This document shows, piece by piece, positions 39,094-48,496 of a DNA stretch of 64,000 bases. This DNA is from an uncultured Gammaproteobacteria bacterium (GTDB lineage Bacteria; Cyanobacteriota; Vampirovibrionia; LMEP-6097). A model generated the notes under the pieces. It did no database searches. It had not been told where the DNA came from and saw nothing but the letters and a program-made list of their open reading frames with translations. Where the stretch lies: assembly GCA_964551135.1 (NCBI GenBank), contig CAZKAT010000001.1:148224-212223 (forward strand). The letters are read 5' to 3'. The position numbers were made by a program, and so were the translations under genes. Position 1 is the first letter of the stretch. Each line of letters opens with the position of its first letter.

Positions 39094-39228
39094 AAATGAA
39101 AGGGGTCAAAAAACCCCTGGAACTTTTTGTTTCTAATCCAATTGTTATAAGGGTTTGAGTGATTTTGCTGTTAAAAACTATGTTCTGGAAAACTGTTCAA
39201 GGGGGTCAAAAAACCCCTGGAGGTTAAG
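39094..39228. repeat. Paired-GGGGTCAAAA element, copy B
   Basis: GGGGTCAAAAAACCCCTGGA at 39102-39121 and 39202-39221, an exact 100-bp period. Confidence 0.85.
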
Positions 39229-39235
39229 AAGGATT

Positions 39236-39802
39236 TTAAACAATCAGTTGATTTTGACCCCAAGCTAGCTTCTTGTTTGCGATATCACGCATCAATGTTA
39301 CTAACTTACCTGCTGGTGATTCTTTACTAATCACTAATGGTTTACTTTCATGCCCAGGTTTATTCCTATACGTTAGAGTATAATTTGGTCCCCCAGTCAG
39401 ACTATTTTTAATAGTAATAAAAAATCGTTTTTTGCCTTCATCAGTAATATCTTCATAACTAAAATGAACATCAGGATCACCTTGTTGATGCTGAACATTA
39501 TTAAAATTCAATAATTGAGCTGCTCTTTTAACTAATACTGATTCGTCTTGCCAGGCTGCTTCTCTATCTGTCAAACTTAAAGGATCCACCTCGTGGTTCA
39601 TACGTTCTAAAGGAATAACTATGTCTTTTATTTGCTCTCTTTCGAAGAGCTTGGTTAAAATAGCATCTCGTTCAGCAAGGTTTGCTTCAATGTCCTTACC
39701 TACTTTTACGACACTAGTAGCCAATGCATTACATGCATCAGGATTTGTAATTCTTAAAAAAGGGATTAATTTTGCGATATTACCAAAAGTTGTTGTCAGC
39801 AT
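39236..39802 (-). CDS. Hypothetical protein
   Basis: 188-aa ORF starting 5 nt after the duplicated def stop codon. Confidence 0.6.
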   Translation of the reverse strand: MLTTTFGNIAKLIPFLRITNPDACNALATSVVKVGKDIEANLAERDAILTKLFEREQIKDIVIPLERMNHEVDPLSLTDREAAWQDESVLVKRAAQLLNFNNVQHQQGDPDVHFSYEDITDEGKKRFFITIKNSLTGGPNYTLTYRNKPGHESKPLVISKESPAGKLVTLMRDIANKKLAWGQNQLIV

Positions 39803-39807
39803 AATTA

Positions 39808-39843
39808 TTATCCAAGCACCATCGGTGGCGGTGAATTAACCCC
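39808..39843 (-). repeat. Recoded duplicate of the def 3' end
   Basis: Encodes GVNSPPPMVLG*; 31/36 nt identical to 40621-40656, all 5 differences synonymous. Confidence 0.9.
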
Positions 39844-39863
39844 ATCAAGGATTTACCAGTGAT

Positions 39864-40565
39864 CTATGTTTGTGCATTTAAGGCAGATTCAATAGCAAGT
39901 TTAGTCAAAACCTTAGAATGTTTAATGAGTTCATTCAAAAATTCAAGGGCATTTTCTACAACCTCAATTTTCATAGGGTCAACTCGACTTATATCTGGAA
40001 AATATCTTCGGATTCTTGTAGAGTTCATGTTTAACTCTCCACTTTCAGTGACAGCTAATTTAGAATGGACTTCAGTTTTGAGAAAATGGTTAAATTTCTC
40101 TAGTGAAAAGTCCCTATAATTTAAAAACTTGGCTAATAAATTTTTTAATCCTTGGATTTTTAAACCAGTTATTTCTGCAAGGTTATTTAAAGCTTTTATA
40201 GTAGGATTGTCTTCATTAATTCTAGTAATTGTAAAACAGAATCCAATTGGTTTAGATTCTGTGATCGTAATTCCTTTTCCTTTTAAAAAATGAGCAAGCC
40301 CATCTAATGCTTGTGAATAATCAGAAGAAGATGAAAGACGACGGGTTTTGGGTGAATGTGCTGCATGTAAATCTTCTTTCATAGCAGGAATTCTACTTTC
40401 AATAGTTGCATCAATTACAGGAGCAACTTTTAAAAGCAGATCAAAAGCAACTCGTTGTATATCATGTTCAGCTCTATTAGGTGAGCTAATTAAAGCATCT
40501 CGTTTCTGTTGCAATGCTTGTACGATTGTTGTCATTATAGAAGTCCTTTTAGGCTTATAAGCCAT
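39864..40565 (-). CDS. Hypothetical protein between the two def 3' ends
   Basis: 233-aa AT-rich ORF; no motif recognised. Confidence 0.6.
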   Translation of the reverse strand: MAYKPKRTSIMTTIVQALQQKRDALISSPNRAEHDIQRVAFDLLLKVAPVIDATIESRIPAMKEDLHAAHSPKTRRLSSSSDYSQALDGLAHFLKGKGITITESKPIGFCFTITRINEDNPTIKALNNLAEITGLKIQGLKNLLAKFLNYRDFSLEKFNHFLKTEVHSKLAVTESGELNMNSTRIRRYFPDISRVDPMKIEVVENALEFLNELIKHSKVLTKLAIESALNAQT

Positions 40566-40620
40566 TTGAATTTGATTTGTGAATAAATTATATAATATTA
40601 TTGTACTTAGAACACAAGAT

Positions 40621-41223
40621 TTAGCCTAGCACCATTGGTGGTGGTGAATTAACTCCGCCTAAACCATGCTTAGAAAGTTCTTCTCTGGCTATGCCTTTAT
40701 CTACGGCTATATCTATAAATAATTTACCGTTAAGATGATCTATTTCATGTTGTACGCAACGACAAAAGAGATCCTCTGCTGCTTCTAGGCGATGCTCTTT
40801 ACCAGTGAGATCTTGAAACTTGAAAACTATTCTACTAGCGCGTTTCACCTTAAAGAATACATCTGGGAAACTTAGGCAACCTTCGTAACTATCCATCTCG
40901 CCTTCTTTATAAACTATGATTGGATTGACCATTATATAAGGTTCGTATTCAGGTTCAGCATCGCTCTCCTCGCGTTCTTCTTTATATCTTTCTGAAGCCC
41001 ATTCCGTGTCAATAACTATGATTCTGTGCTTGATACCCACTTGCGGTGCAGCTAGCCCCACGCCGTTTTGGTGGTACATGGTCTTAAGCATTTTATCTGC
41101 GATCTTCTCAAGCTTGCGATCAAACTTAGTAACAGTGGAACATGGCTCTCTGAGCACATTTGCGCCATATTTTTCTATGCTGAAATATTTATCTTCGTTG
41201 TCTGACATTTTATTGTGGGTCAA
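40621..41223 (-). CDS. def: Peptide deformylase
   Basis: GVGLAAPQVG, EGCLS, QHEIDHLNG. Confidence 0.96.
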   Translation of the reverse strand: MTHNKMSDNEDKYFSIEKYGANVLREPCSTVTKFDRKLEKIADKMLKTMYHQNGVGLAAPQVGIKHRIIVIDTEWASERYKEEREESDAEPEYEPYIMVNPIIVYKEGEMDSYEGCLSFPDVFFKVKRASRIVFKFQDLTGKEHRLEAAEDLFCRCVQHEIDHLNGKLFIDIAVDKGIAREELSKHGLGGVNSPPPMVLG

Positions 41224-41998
41224 TCTGATTGAATTTGAACTTATTAAGTATTATTCCACGTTTAGATGTTTTTATAAAATCAATGATCTCTTGTATCTGT
41301 GGAAGTGGTTTGAGTTCATTTTCTAGTCTAGCTATCATATTAGGTAGAGCTAGGCGGTCTCCATAAATAACCTTAAACGCTTTCATGATTTCAGACTTAA
41401 GCTCTTGGCTAAATTGAGCTTTAATCATGGCATGCCTATTAGTGGAAATAGCTCCAGATGGTATGCCTACATAGATCATGTAAGGTATCGCATCATGATT
41501 AGTTGCTGACATACCACTCAGCATGACGAAGTTACCAATACGACAATGTTGATGTATTACTGCTCCACCACCTAGGTTTACATGATTTTGAACTTGAACG
41601 TAACCACCAAGCGTTGCTCCATTTGCTAAGGTACAATGATTTCCAATAGTAGAATTATGAGCTAGATGGGAATTAACCATTAGGTAATTATGATTACCAA
41701 CCTTAGTCGAATCACCTTCACCAGTGGCTTTATGGATAGTTACAAACTCACGAATAACATTGTTATTGCCTATTTCTACGTAGCTCATCTCGTTTTTATA
41801 AGATCTGTCTTGAGGAGCTTCGCCTATAACTGCATGAGAATGAATAACGTTATTATTACCAATACGGGTTCCATTACGAATAATACTGTAATCAGAGATA
41901 ATATTGTTATCCCCAATAATAACGTCATCTTCAATAATAGCTGTAGGAGCTATTATCACGTTTGAACCTATAGTTGCTCGCTTGGATAATAAAGCCAT
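41210..41998 (-). CDS. lpxA: UDP-GlcNAc O-acyltransferase
   Basis: Hexapeptide repeats, PQDRSY, IREFVTIH, HLAHN, VHQ-like IHQHCRIG. Confidence 0.9.
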   Translation of the reverse strand: MALLSKRATIGSNVIIAPTAIIEDDVIIGDNNIISDYSIIRNGTRIGNNNVIHSHAVIGEAPQDRSYKNEMSYVEIGNNNVIREFVTIHKATGEGDSTKVGNHNYLMVNSHLAHNSTIGNHCTLANGATLGGYVQVQNHVNLGGGAVIHQHCRIGNFVMLSGMSATNHDAIPYMIYVGIPSGAISTNRHAMIKAQFSQELKSEIMKAFKVIYGDRLALPNMIARLENELKPLPQIQEIIDFIKTSKRGIILNKFKFNQIDPQ

Positions 41999-42095
41999 TA
42001 TGTAAATATAGCATAAAAGAGGTTAAGGACAAATTATAGCCTTGTAAATAGAAGGTTTTCCCTTATTGGCTCGTATTAGTTATTAAGTAGCTACA

Positions 42096-42677
42096 ATGAA
42101 TCTTACAATGTCTATAAATTTATTAGCACTTAACGACGAAGAGCTAATGCTAGAGCTTCAAAGTGGCAACGAAGAGGCGTTTGTAATATTGGTTAAAAAA
42201 TACACTAATAAATTTTATGCTTTGGCCTATCGTATGGTTGGTCAAGCTGAAGCTGAAGATTTAGTTCAAGAAGCATTCTTAAAACTTCTCGATCAACCTC
42301 ACAAATGGAATCGAAACAAAGGCGCTAAATTCTCTACTTGGTTTTATACAGTGATTATTAATATGTGCAAGGATTACAACAAGAAGAAAAAACCTATACA
42401 AATCTCTGATGACTTTGAGAAAGCTAGTGATGCAAATTTGGAAGAATTGATTGAGCAAAAAGATCAGCGAAGATACGTTGATAAATGTCTCTTAGAATTA
42501 TCTGAAAATCAACGCATCTCTGTATATCTCTGTTTTTACCAGGGTTTGAGCAATCAAGAAGCTGCTGATATTATGGGATTAAAGCTCAAAGCGTTGCAGT
42601 CACTCTTAATGAGAGCTAAGGTTGCTTTGAAAGAGAAAGCAAGAATTTATAATAGTGTAGTGGAGGCGGTAAGATGA
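42096..42677 (+). CDS. ECF sigma factor
   Basis: DEELM..., AEDLVQEAF, FSTWFY, LS..EAA.IMG. Confidence 0.9.
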   Translation: MNLTMSINLLALNDEELMLELQSGNEEAFVILVKKYTNKFYALAYRMVGQAEAEDLVQEAFLKLLDQPHKWNRNKGAKFSTWFYTVIINMCKDYNKKKKPIQISDDFEKASDANLEELIEQKDQRRYVDKCLLELSENQRISVYLCFYQGLSNQEAADIMGLKLKALQSLLMRAKVALKEKARIYNSVVEAVR

Positions 42678-43000
42678 ATTTAGAAAGCATAAATGAAGAT
42701 CAAGAATTAAGAGAGTTCTTGGCAGCAAGCAAGGTTACAGATGCTAGTACGAACCTGGTAAACCGTATTCTTGAAATTGCAAGAAATCGCAAACAAAATA
42801 ATGCTTGGTTTGATTTTTATTCTGCAATTCAGGAATTGATTGCAGAGATAAGGATACCTAGACCAATTTATACACTTGCTTGTGTATTGATTCTTGGCTT
42901 TGTGATTGGTTTTAATAATGCGAGTGATTTAAGCACCCAGCCAACTATTGGCACAGACTTAGCAAATGACTTTTTATATGACGAAGGAGAATTAATATGA
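42674..43000 (+). CDS. Putative single-TM anti-sigma factor
   Basis: Overlaps the sigma factor stop codon; one C-proximal TM. Confidence 0.65.
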   Translation: MNLESINEDQELREFLAASKVTDASTNLVNRILEIARNRKQNNAWFDFYSAIQELIAEIRIPRPIYTLACVLILGFVIGFNNASDLSTQPTIGTDLANDFLYDEGELI

Positions 43001-43428
43001 ATAAATCAACAAAAATACTAGTCGGAGTTTCCTTAGCCATAAATGTTTTATTAATAGGAGTGATTCTCGGGTACTTGTCTAATCGCTCGCATCATGGTCG
43101 TTGGGGTGGTAAACACTCTCATCATCACTGCCATAAATCTAAGCATTGCAAACCCTTCAACGATAAATTTGTTAAACTTCATGAAAAACAGCATGGAATG
43201 TTTAAACAAGTAGAAACTAAGCGTGAGGAAGTATTTGAAGTGCTCACTGCGGAGAAATTTGATCCTATAGCTTATGAGCAAAAATCTAAAGAGTTGCACC
43301 AAGCTTATGCTCAAATTGCTGAAACTATGTCAGAGACTATTAAAGAGACAGCAGCTGGTTTATCTCAAGCTGATAGACTGGAACTTGCAAGCGAGCTCGG
43401 ACATTTTAAGCATAAGAAACATAAATAG
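42997..43428 (+). CDS. Periplasmic heavy-metal sensor-like helical protein
   Basis: SLAINVLLIG anchor, His/Cys-rich linker, FDP..Y, LSQADRL. Confidence 0.7.
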   Translation: MNKSTKILVGVSLAINVLLIGVILGYLSNRSHHGRWGGKHSHHHCHKSKHCKPFNDKFVKLHEKQHGMFKQVETKREEVFEVLTAEKFDPIAYEQKSKELHQAYAQIAETMSETIKETAAGLSQADRLELASELGHFKHKKHK

Positions 43429-43433
43429 TAAGC

Positions 43434-43826
43434 TTATTTAGCTTTTAATTCTTCCACTAGTTTGGTTAAGTCTTTAGCTGAGATTGCTCCTAGTTTTCTG
43501 CTGACATTGGATCTATTAGCACTTACGAAGACTGTTTCTGGAATTCTAGAGATCTTTAATTCTCTGACTAGGGCTTTAGTTTGAGTAGCATCTACGTCAA
43601 CTTCAAAGAAATCTACCGAACCAGATTTGGCTAACTTCACTTCATTAAATGCTGGCGCATAGTCTTTACAACTACCACACCAGGTAGCATAGAACTTGAT
43701 TACTGCTGGTTTAGAGGATTTACTGAGGAAGGTTTTAAGAGCATCGGTTGTCGTGGTAACAGAACTCACTTGCCCGCAACCTGCGAACATTAGAACAGTA
43801 AATAACACCAAGGATAGTTTGCGCAT
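43434..43826 (-). CDS. Thioredoxin-family lipoprotein
   Basis: Lipobox FAGC; WCGSC; cis-Pro IPE. Confidence 0.85.
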   Translation of the reverse strand: MRKLSLVLFTVLMFAGCGQVSSVTTTTDALKTFLSKSSKPAVIKFYATWCGSCKDYAPAFNEVKLAKSGSVDFFEVDVDATQTKALVRELKISRIPETVFVSANRSNVSRKLGAISAKDLTKLVEELKAK

Positions 43827-43866
43827 AAGATTAATTATAGCATCAGCCCTCTGTTATTATATTAGA

Positions 43867-44919
43867 GTGCCACAAATCATTCTCACTGGCGATAGACCCA
43901 CTGGTCCTTTACATTTAGGGCATTATGTCGGTTCGCTTCAAAACCGTGTAAAACTTCAAAATGAAAAAGATGCTCAAGCTAAGCAAAAGTATAAATCTTA
44001 CATTCTTATTGCAGATATGCAGGCGCTCACTGATAACTTTGAGACACCTGAAGTCGTTAGTTCTAATATTCTGAATGTTGCTCTGGATTATTTAGCAGTA
44101 GGGATAGATCCTAAACTTAGTTCTATTTTTATTCAGTCTCAGATTCCTGAGTTTTCTGAGTTGACGATGTATTTTTTAAACCTTCTCACTCTTAATCAAG
44201 TAGAACGCAATCCTACTGTGAAAGAGGAGATACGTCAGAAAGGATATGAAGGTCAGATCCCTATGGGCTTCTTGATTTATCCAGTGGCGCAAGCTGCTGA
44301 TATACTTGCTTTCAATGCAGACCTAGTGCCTGTTGGTGCCGATCAAATCCCGATGATAGAAGACACTAATATGATCGCGCGTAAATTTAATCAAGTATAT
44401 AAACGTGAGGTCTTTAAAGAAGCTAAAGCTTTAGTACCAGAAAATTTCTCTCGCTTAGTTGGTATAGATGGTAAGTCTAAAATGTCTAAGTCTCTTGGTA
44501 ATGCAATCTATCTGAAAGACACTAGTGATGAGCTTTGGCAGAAGATTCGACAGATGTATACCGATCCTAATCACCTGAAGGTAGAAGATCCGGGACAAGT
44601 AGAAGGTAATGTTTGTTTTACTTACTTAGATGCTTTCTGTGACGATGCGAAGAAAGTTCAAGAACTTAAGGATCATTATTCTCGTGGTGGACTTGGTGAT
44701 ATGGTTGTGAAGAAATACCTTATGGAAGTTTTAGATGCAAAACTTGCTCCGATTCGTGCTAGACGTGAAGAGTTTGCTAAAGATTCTGGTGCGGTAATGA
44801 AAGTACTTGCTCAAGGAACAGAAGAAGCGCGTCAAGCAGTTTATAAAGTAATGAAAGAAGTTAAAGAAGCGATGGGGATAAACTATGATCAAAGCCGTCT
44901 CACATCTAGTCCTTGCTAG
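43867..44919 (+). CDS. trpS: Tryptophan-tRNA ligase; start reassigned to GTG 43867
   Basis: [35 protein letters not shown]. Confidence 0.96.
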   Translation: MPQIILTGDRPTGPLHLGHYVGSLQNRVKLQNEKDAQAKQKYKSYILIADMQALTDNFETPEVVSSNILNVALDYLAVGIDPKLSSIFIQSQIPEFSELTMYFLNLLTLNQVERNPTVKEEIRQKGYEGQIPMGFLIYPVAQAADILAFNADLVPVGADQIPMIEDTNMIARKFNQVYKREVFKEAKALVPENFSRLVGIDGKSKMSKSLGNAIYLKDTSDELWQKIRQMYTDPNHLKVEDPGQVEGNVCFTYLDAFCDDAKKVQELKDHYSRGGLGDMVVKKYLMEVLDAKLAPIRARREEFAKDSGAVMKVLAQGTEEARQAVYKVMKEVKEAMGINYDQSRLTSSPC

Positions 44920-45343
44920 TAAAAACGTTCCAGTGATGACAAAGTTTTTTAGCAAGGTTTTTGATGCAGAATCTTGTTATGAAAACGAAGAGTTTAGTGA
45001 GTTTATCTTAGCAAGTGGATTTCGAGTAGCTTTCTTCAAACCTTTAGCTAAAAATCTAAAATATTTTAATGCAATTACTTCTCGCAAAGCTATTTCCATT
45101 GGAGTAACTGTGGATAACGTAGATGAATTCTATGAGAAACTTAAAAAGAAAACTAAATCGTTGAATATTTCTTTAGCAAGTAAGCCTAAAGATCATCCAT
45201 GGGGATTTAGGAGTTTCTTGCTTATTGATCCAGATCTAAATCGTTGGGAGATTACTCAGAGTCCAAGTAAAAGGGGCATGCTGAAAGAGGTGCCGTTAGT
45301 TAGGAAATTAAAGAAAAAGTCTAAACTAAAACCGCTTCACTAA
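44885..45343 (+). CDS. VOC/glyoxalase-family protein
   Basis: SHLVL, V.NVDEFYE, PWG.RSF.L.DPD.NRWEI. Confidence 0.85.
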   Translation: MIKAVSHLVLASKNVPVMTKFFSKVFDAESCYENEEFSEFILASGFRVAFFKPLAKNLKYFNAITSRKAISIGVTVDNVDEFYEKLKKKTKSLNISLASKPKDHPWGFRSFLLIDPDLNRWEITQSPSKRGMLKEVPLVRKLKKKSKLKPLH

Positions 45344-46748
45344 GCTCAAAATCTACACCATCAATATTAATTGTGTCACCTTCTTGAGCGCCGCGGGATT
45401 TAAGAGCGTCGATTACTCCAAGTCCCTTAGTTACTCTGAAGAAGTAATTAAGAGATTCCAGATCTCTTAAGTCTACTAAGCGCATATGGCGCTCTAGCTT
45501 ACCGCAATGCACCATCCACTTGATTCCGTCTTCTTCGTGACCTTGTTTCTCTATAGTGAAAGCACTGTCATCATGATCAGTTGCTACCGGATCATAATCG
45601 ATACTAAGTGAGCTACCGATGTCTTTAGGAATTAGTTCTAGAGTTTGTTCTATAAATCTTTGCATTATTCTTAAACCATTCTCATAACGCTTACCCTCGC
45701 TATCAAAGCCCTCTCCACTTAAAGTAGAAATAGCAAATAATCCAATAGCATTAGATTCTGGTAATATACCATCTTCTATCTCTGAGAAGCTGTTTAATTT
45801 TAGTCCAGTATATTTTTCAAATCTAGTAACTAACTCAGTTAGTTCTTCATCTGGGAATCCTTCTATCTTGTTTAAAACTACTACTTGTTTTCTTTGAGCT
45901 AACTCTGGACTGTAGTTATAAAGTTCATAATTTACTTGAGTGAAATTCGTTAGAGGATCTTCAAAAGTTTTCAGCTTATACTGATCTAAGTTAGAGCCCA
46001 TTAAGCCCCAAACATCTACTACGTGAACCAATAGGCGAGTGCGTTCTATGTGTTTTAAGAATTCATAACCTAAACCAACACCTTCACTTGCACCTTCTAT
46101 AATTCCTGGGATATCTGCCATCACAAATGCATCACCAGTTTCTTTTTGTACTACACCGAGATTCGGTGCAATAGTAGTGAATGCATAATCTGCGATCTTA
46201 GGTTTGGCTGCACTGACTCTGGAAATAAGCGTAGATTTACCTGCATTTGGGAAACCAATAATTCCTACATCAGCAATCATCTTTAACTCTAATTCTAATT
46301 CTCGCTCTACAGGAGGTTCTCCTGGTTCTGAATAACTTGGAACACGATTCTTGTTAGACTTGAATCTCATATTGCCTCTACCGCCGCGACCACCTTGCGC
46401 AACTAAGAGTTTCTGTCCCTCTTCAACTAAGTCACCGATAGTAAGATCTCTAACAGGATCTTTTACTATGGTTCCAACAGGGACTTTGATAATTAAATCT
46501 TCACCGCTTCTACCAGTTTTATTAGTCTTAGAACCTTTGCTGCCATCATCAGCTTTAAAGAAAGCTTTGAACTGTAAATCTAATAAAGTGCTGAGGTCAT
46601 GACTAGCTTCCAGCCAAACGCTACCACCACGTCCACCGTCACCACCATCTGGTCCACCAAAAGCCACAAACTTTTCTTGACGAAAAGTATTAGCACCGCG
46701 ACCACCGCCACCGCTACTAATCTTAATCCTGGCCTTATCTATAAACAT
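45321..46748 (-). CDS. obgE: GTPase Obg with a C-terminal extension domain
   Basis: GGPDGGDGGRGG, GFPNAGKST, YAFTT, DIPGIIEGA, NKIE. Confidence 0.96.
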   Translation of the reverse strand: MFIDKARIKISSGGGGRGANTFRQEKFVAFGGPDGGDGGRGGSVWLEASHDLSTLLDLQFKAFFKADDGSKGSKTNKTGRSGEDLIIKVPVGTIVKDPVRDLTIGDLVEEGQKLLVAQGGRGGRGNMRFKSNKNRVPSYSEPGEPPVERELELELKMIADVGIIGFPNAGKSTLISRVSAAKPKIADYAFTTIAPNLGVVQKETGDAFVMADIPGIIEGASEGVGLGYEFLKHIERTRLLVHVVDVWGLMGSNLDQYKLKTFEDPLTNFTQVNYELYNYSPELAQRKQVVVLNKIEGFPDEELTELVTRFEKYTGLKLNSFSEIEDGILPESNAIGLFAISTLSGEGFDSEGKRYENGLRIMQRFIEQTLELIPKDIGSSLSIDYDPVATDHDDSAFTIEKQGHEEDGIKWMVHCGKLERHMRLVDLRDLESLNYFFRVTKGLGVIDALKSRGAQEGDTINIDGVDFELSEAVLV

Positions 46749-46780
46749 AAGCTTAAGTAAATACTAAATATAGCATACTT

Positions 46781-46875
46781 GGTGACTGAGGGGCTGGGTG
46801 ACAGGGTGGCTGAGTTAGTGAATATACCTAGTTATTTGGCTATTCAGTCACTCACTACTCAGCCACCCAGGCACT
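46781..46875. repeat. Octamer-arm palindromic element, copy 2
   Basis: GGTGACTG AGGGGCTG GGTGACAG GGTGGCTG, spacer, CAGTCACT CACTACT CAGCCACC CAGGCACT. Confidence 0.75.
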
Positions 46876-47680
46876 AAGTTGCTGTTTGCTTGATTCTCGT
46901 TAGTTCTTCTTCTAAATCTTCACCATAAATATTCAGAATACTTTCCACTTCTTGCTTATAAATTCTCCAAGCATCTTTAATATTTTTGCGATTGAGGCTG
47001 ATGATTTCCTTGCCCATATTAGCGTTGCCTTGTGCAAGCCTGGTCATAGACTTAAACCCAGGGCCTATAACTTTAGTAGCTGGAGAAAAATTACTTACCA
47101 TATCAGCTAAGCTCAGACTTAAGACTAGTGGTAGATGCGATGTCATAGCTACAGATTTATCGTGAGTTTCAGCGTCCATCACTACTAGCTCTGCCCCTAA
47201 ATCTTCACGAATAATTTTTTCTAGGTTTTCCGTTCTAGTACTAGATTCATCTAGTATCCATTTAGCACCCTCAAACAATTCTGGGAAGCTAGCTTCATAA
47301 CCTTGATGCTCGGTGCCAGCCATAGGATGACCAGCAATAAAATTCTTTAAACCTAGTTCCTGAGCTTTATTGCTGACAGCTACCTTGGTACTAGCTACAT
47401 CAGTGATAATCGTTTTAGCGAAAGCTCTTTGATCTTCAGCAATAGTACCTTCTTTACCAGATTGAATGATAATCTTAGCGATGTTTTCTAACTCACGAAT
47501 GATGTTAGATTGTGATCCGCAAAGAAACACTATATCAGCGTTAGCGAGGTCTGCTAATTTATATTCTCTGTTTTGACTTATGCTAACAGTGAGCAATTCA
47601 TGCTTACCCATTAAACGCTTCTCAATAGAGCCACCTATTAGACCAAGTCCTACTATACCTATACGTAGTTTATTTACCAT
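46874..47680 (-). CDS. tyrA: Prephenate/arogenate dehydrogenase
   Basis: GLGLIGGS, TDVASTK, GHPMAGTE, HD..VA.TSHLP. Confidence 0.9.
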   Translation of the reverse strand: MVNKLRIGIVGLGLIGGSIEKRLMGKHELLTVSISQNREYKLADLANADIVFLCGSQSNIIRELENIAKIIIQSGKEGTIAEDQRAFAKTIITDVASTKVAVSNKAQELGLKNFIAGHPMAGTEHQGYEASFPELFEGAKWILDESSTRTENLEKIIREDLGAELVVMDAETHDKSVAMTSHLPLVLSLSLADMVSNFSPATKVIGPGFKSMTRLAQGNANMGKEIISLNRKNIKDAWRIYKQEVESILNIYGEDLEEELTRIKQTAT

Positions 47681-47689
47681 GGTGCTAAT

Positions 47690-48415
47690 TTATAGATCAC
47701 CAGGAATATTAAACGAATCCCAGTCGTTGACGTAGTTACCTTCAAGGCTGATACTCTTTGCTGTGAATGGTGCACAGATACCATACTTGATACCATCTAC
47801 GAATCCTTTAATCAGACCAGTGATAGCACCTGGAACTGCACCTAAAGCAAATCCAATTGTTTTAGATACTAATTGTGCTGGAAGACTGTCACCAAGCTCC
47901 TCGCTTACTCGGTCAGACATTTGTACGCCTTTAGAGAAAGCACCTCTAAGTGTTCCATCTACAGTACTGATAGGAGTTCCTATGATAGTACCAAAAGTAC
48001 TTTTAAGTGGGTGAGCATTGCAGACACCTTTAGGCTTCTTAGTTGTAACTGTTGTAGTTTCAGTTACTGCTTCTTTAACATTGTTAATTCTCTCTGATAA
48101 TAATTGTTGATTTTCTGCTTTAAGGCTGTTAATTTCTGTTTGTAAACTGTCATTGTTGCCTGCAAGTTCTTTAAGTTTACTTACAAGGGCAGCGATTTTA
48201 TCGTCTAATTCTTTAGCTTTAGCTTCAAGTCTATATCTAGAACTTTCACATTCATCAAGTTTAATTCTGTTGGTATCAAGCTCTTGGCGTAGTTCTTCAT
48301 CTACTTCTACTAATTCTCCTGTCACCACACCGGCTTTCACCATGCTTGGCAGTAAGATTGAACTTATTAGTATTGATGTTAAAAATACTCTACTAACTTT
48401 GCTGATATTAACCAT
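47690..48415 (-). CDS. Exported coiled-coil protein with a Gly-rich hydrophobic C-terminus
   Basis: Signal peptide, heptads, GFALGAVPGAITGLIKG. Confidence 0.6.
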   Translation of the reverse strand: MVNISKVSRVFLTSILISSILLPSMVKAGVVTGELVEVDEELRQELDTNRIKLDECESSRYRLEAKAKELDDKIAALVSKLKELAGNNDSLQTEINSLKAENQQLLSERINNVKEAVTETTTVTTKKPKGVCNAHPLKSTFGTIIGTPISTVDGTLRGAFSKGVQMSDRVSEELGDSLPAQLVSKTIGFALGAVPGAITGLIKGFVDGIKYGICAPFTAKSISLEGNYVNDWDSFNIPGDL

Positions 48416-48461
48416 GAGTTTGAAAATAGCATAAAAGACTACGGTAATGCAAGAGAATTAG

Positions 48462-48496
48462 AATATGTCATACGCCCTTCGGGCGACATACATATT
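48462..48496. repeat. GCCCTTCGGGC hairpin, copy 1
   Basis: AATATGT..CGCCC-TTC-GGGCG..ACATATT. Confidence 0.6.

Noticed and set aside
39094-39228. CRISPR array
   Set aside because: Only two 20-bp repeats with an 80-bp spacer and no cas genes; not array geometry
39252-39261. Inverted third copy TTTTGACCCC near element B
   Set aside because: It falls in the Trp-Gly-Gln-Asn codons of ORF 39236-39802 and may be coincidental; a similar WGQ string occurs in rpe
43696-43866. N-terminal extension of TrpS in the ORF track
   Set aside because: It is antisense to the thioredoxin gene; the real start fits GTG 43867 with a -10 box at N6
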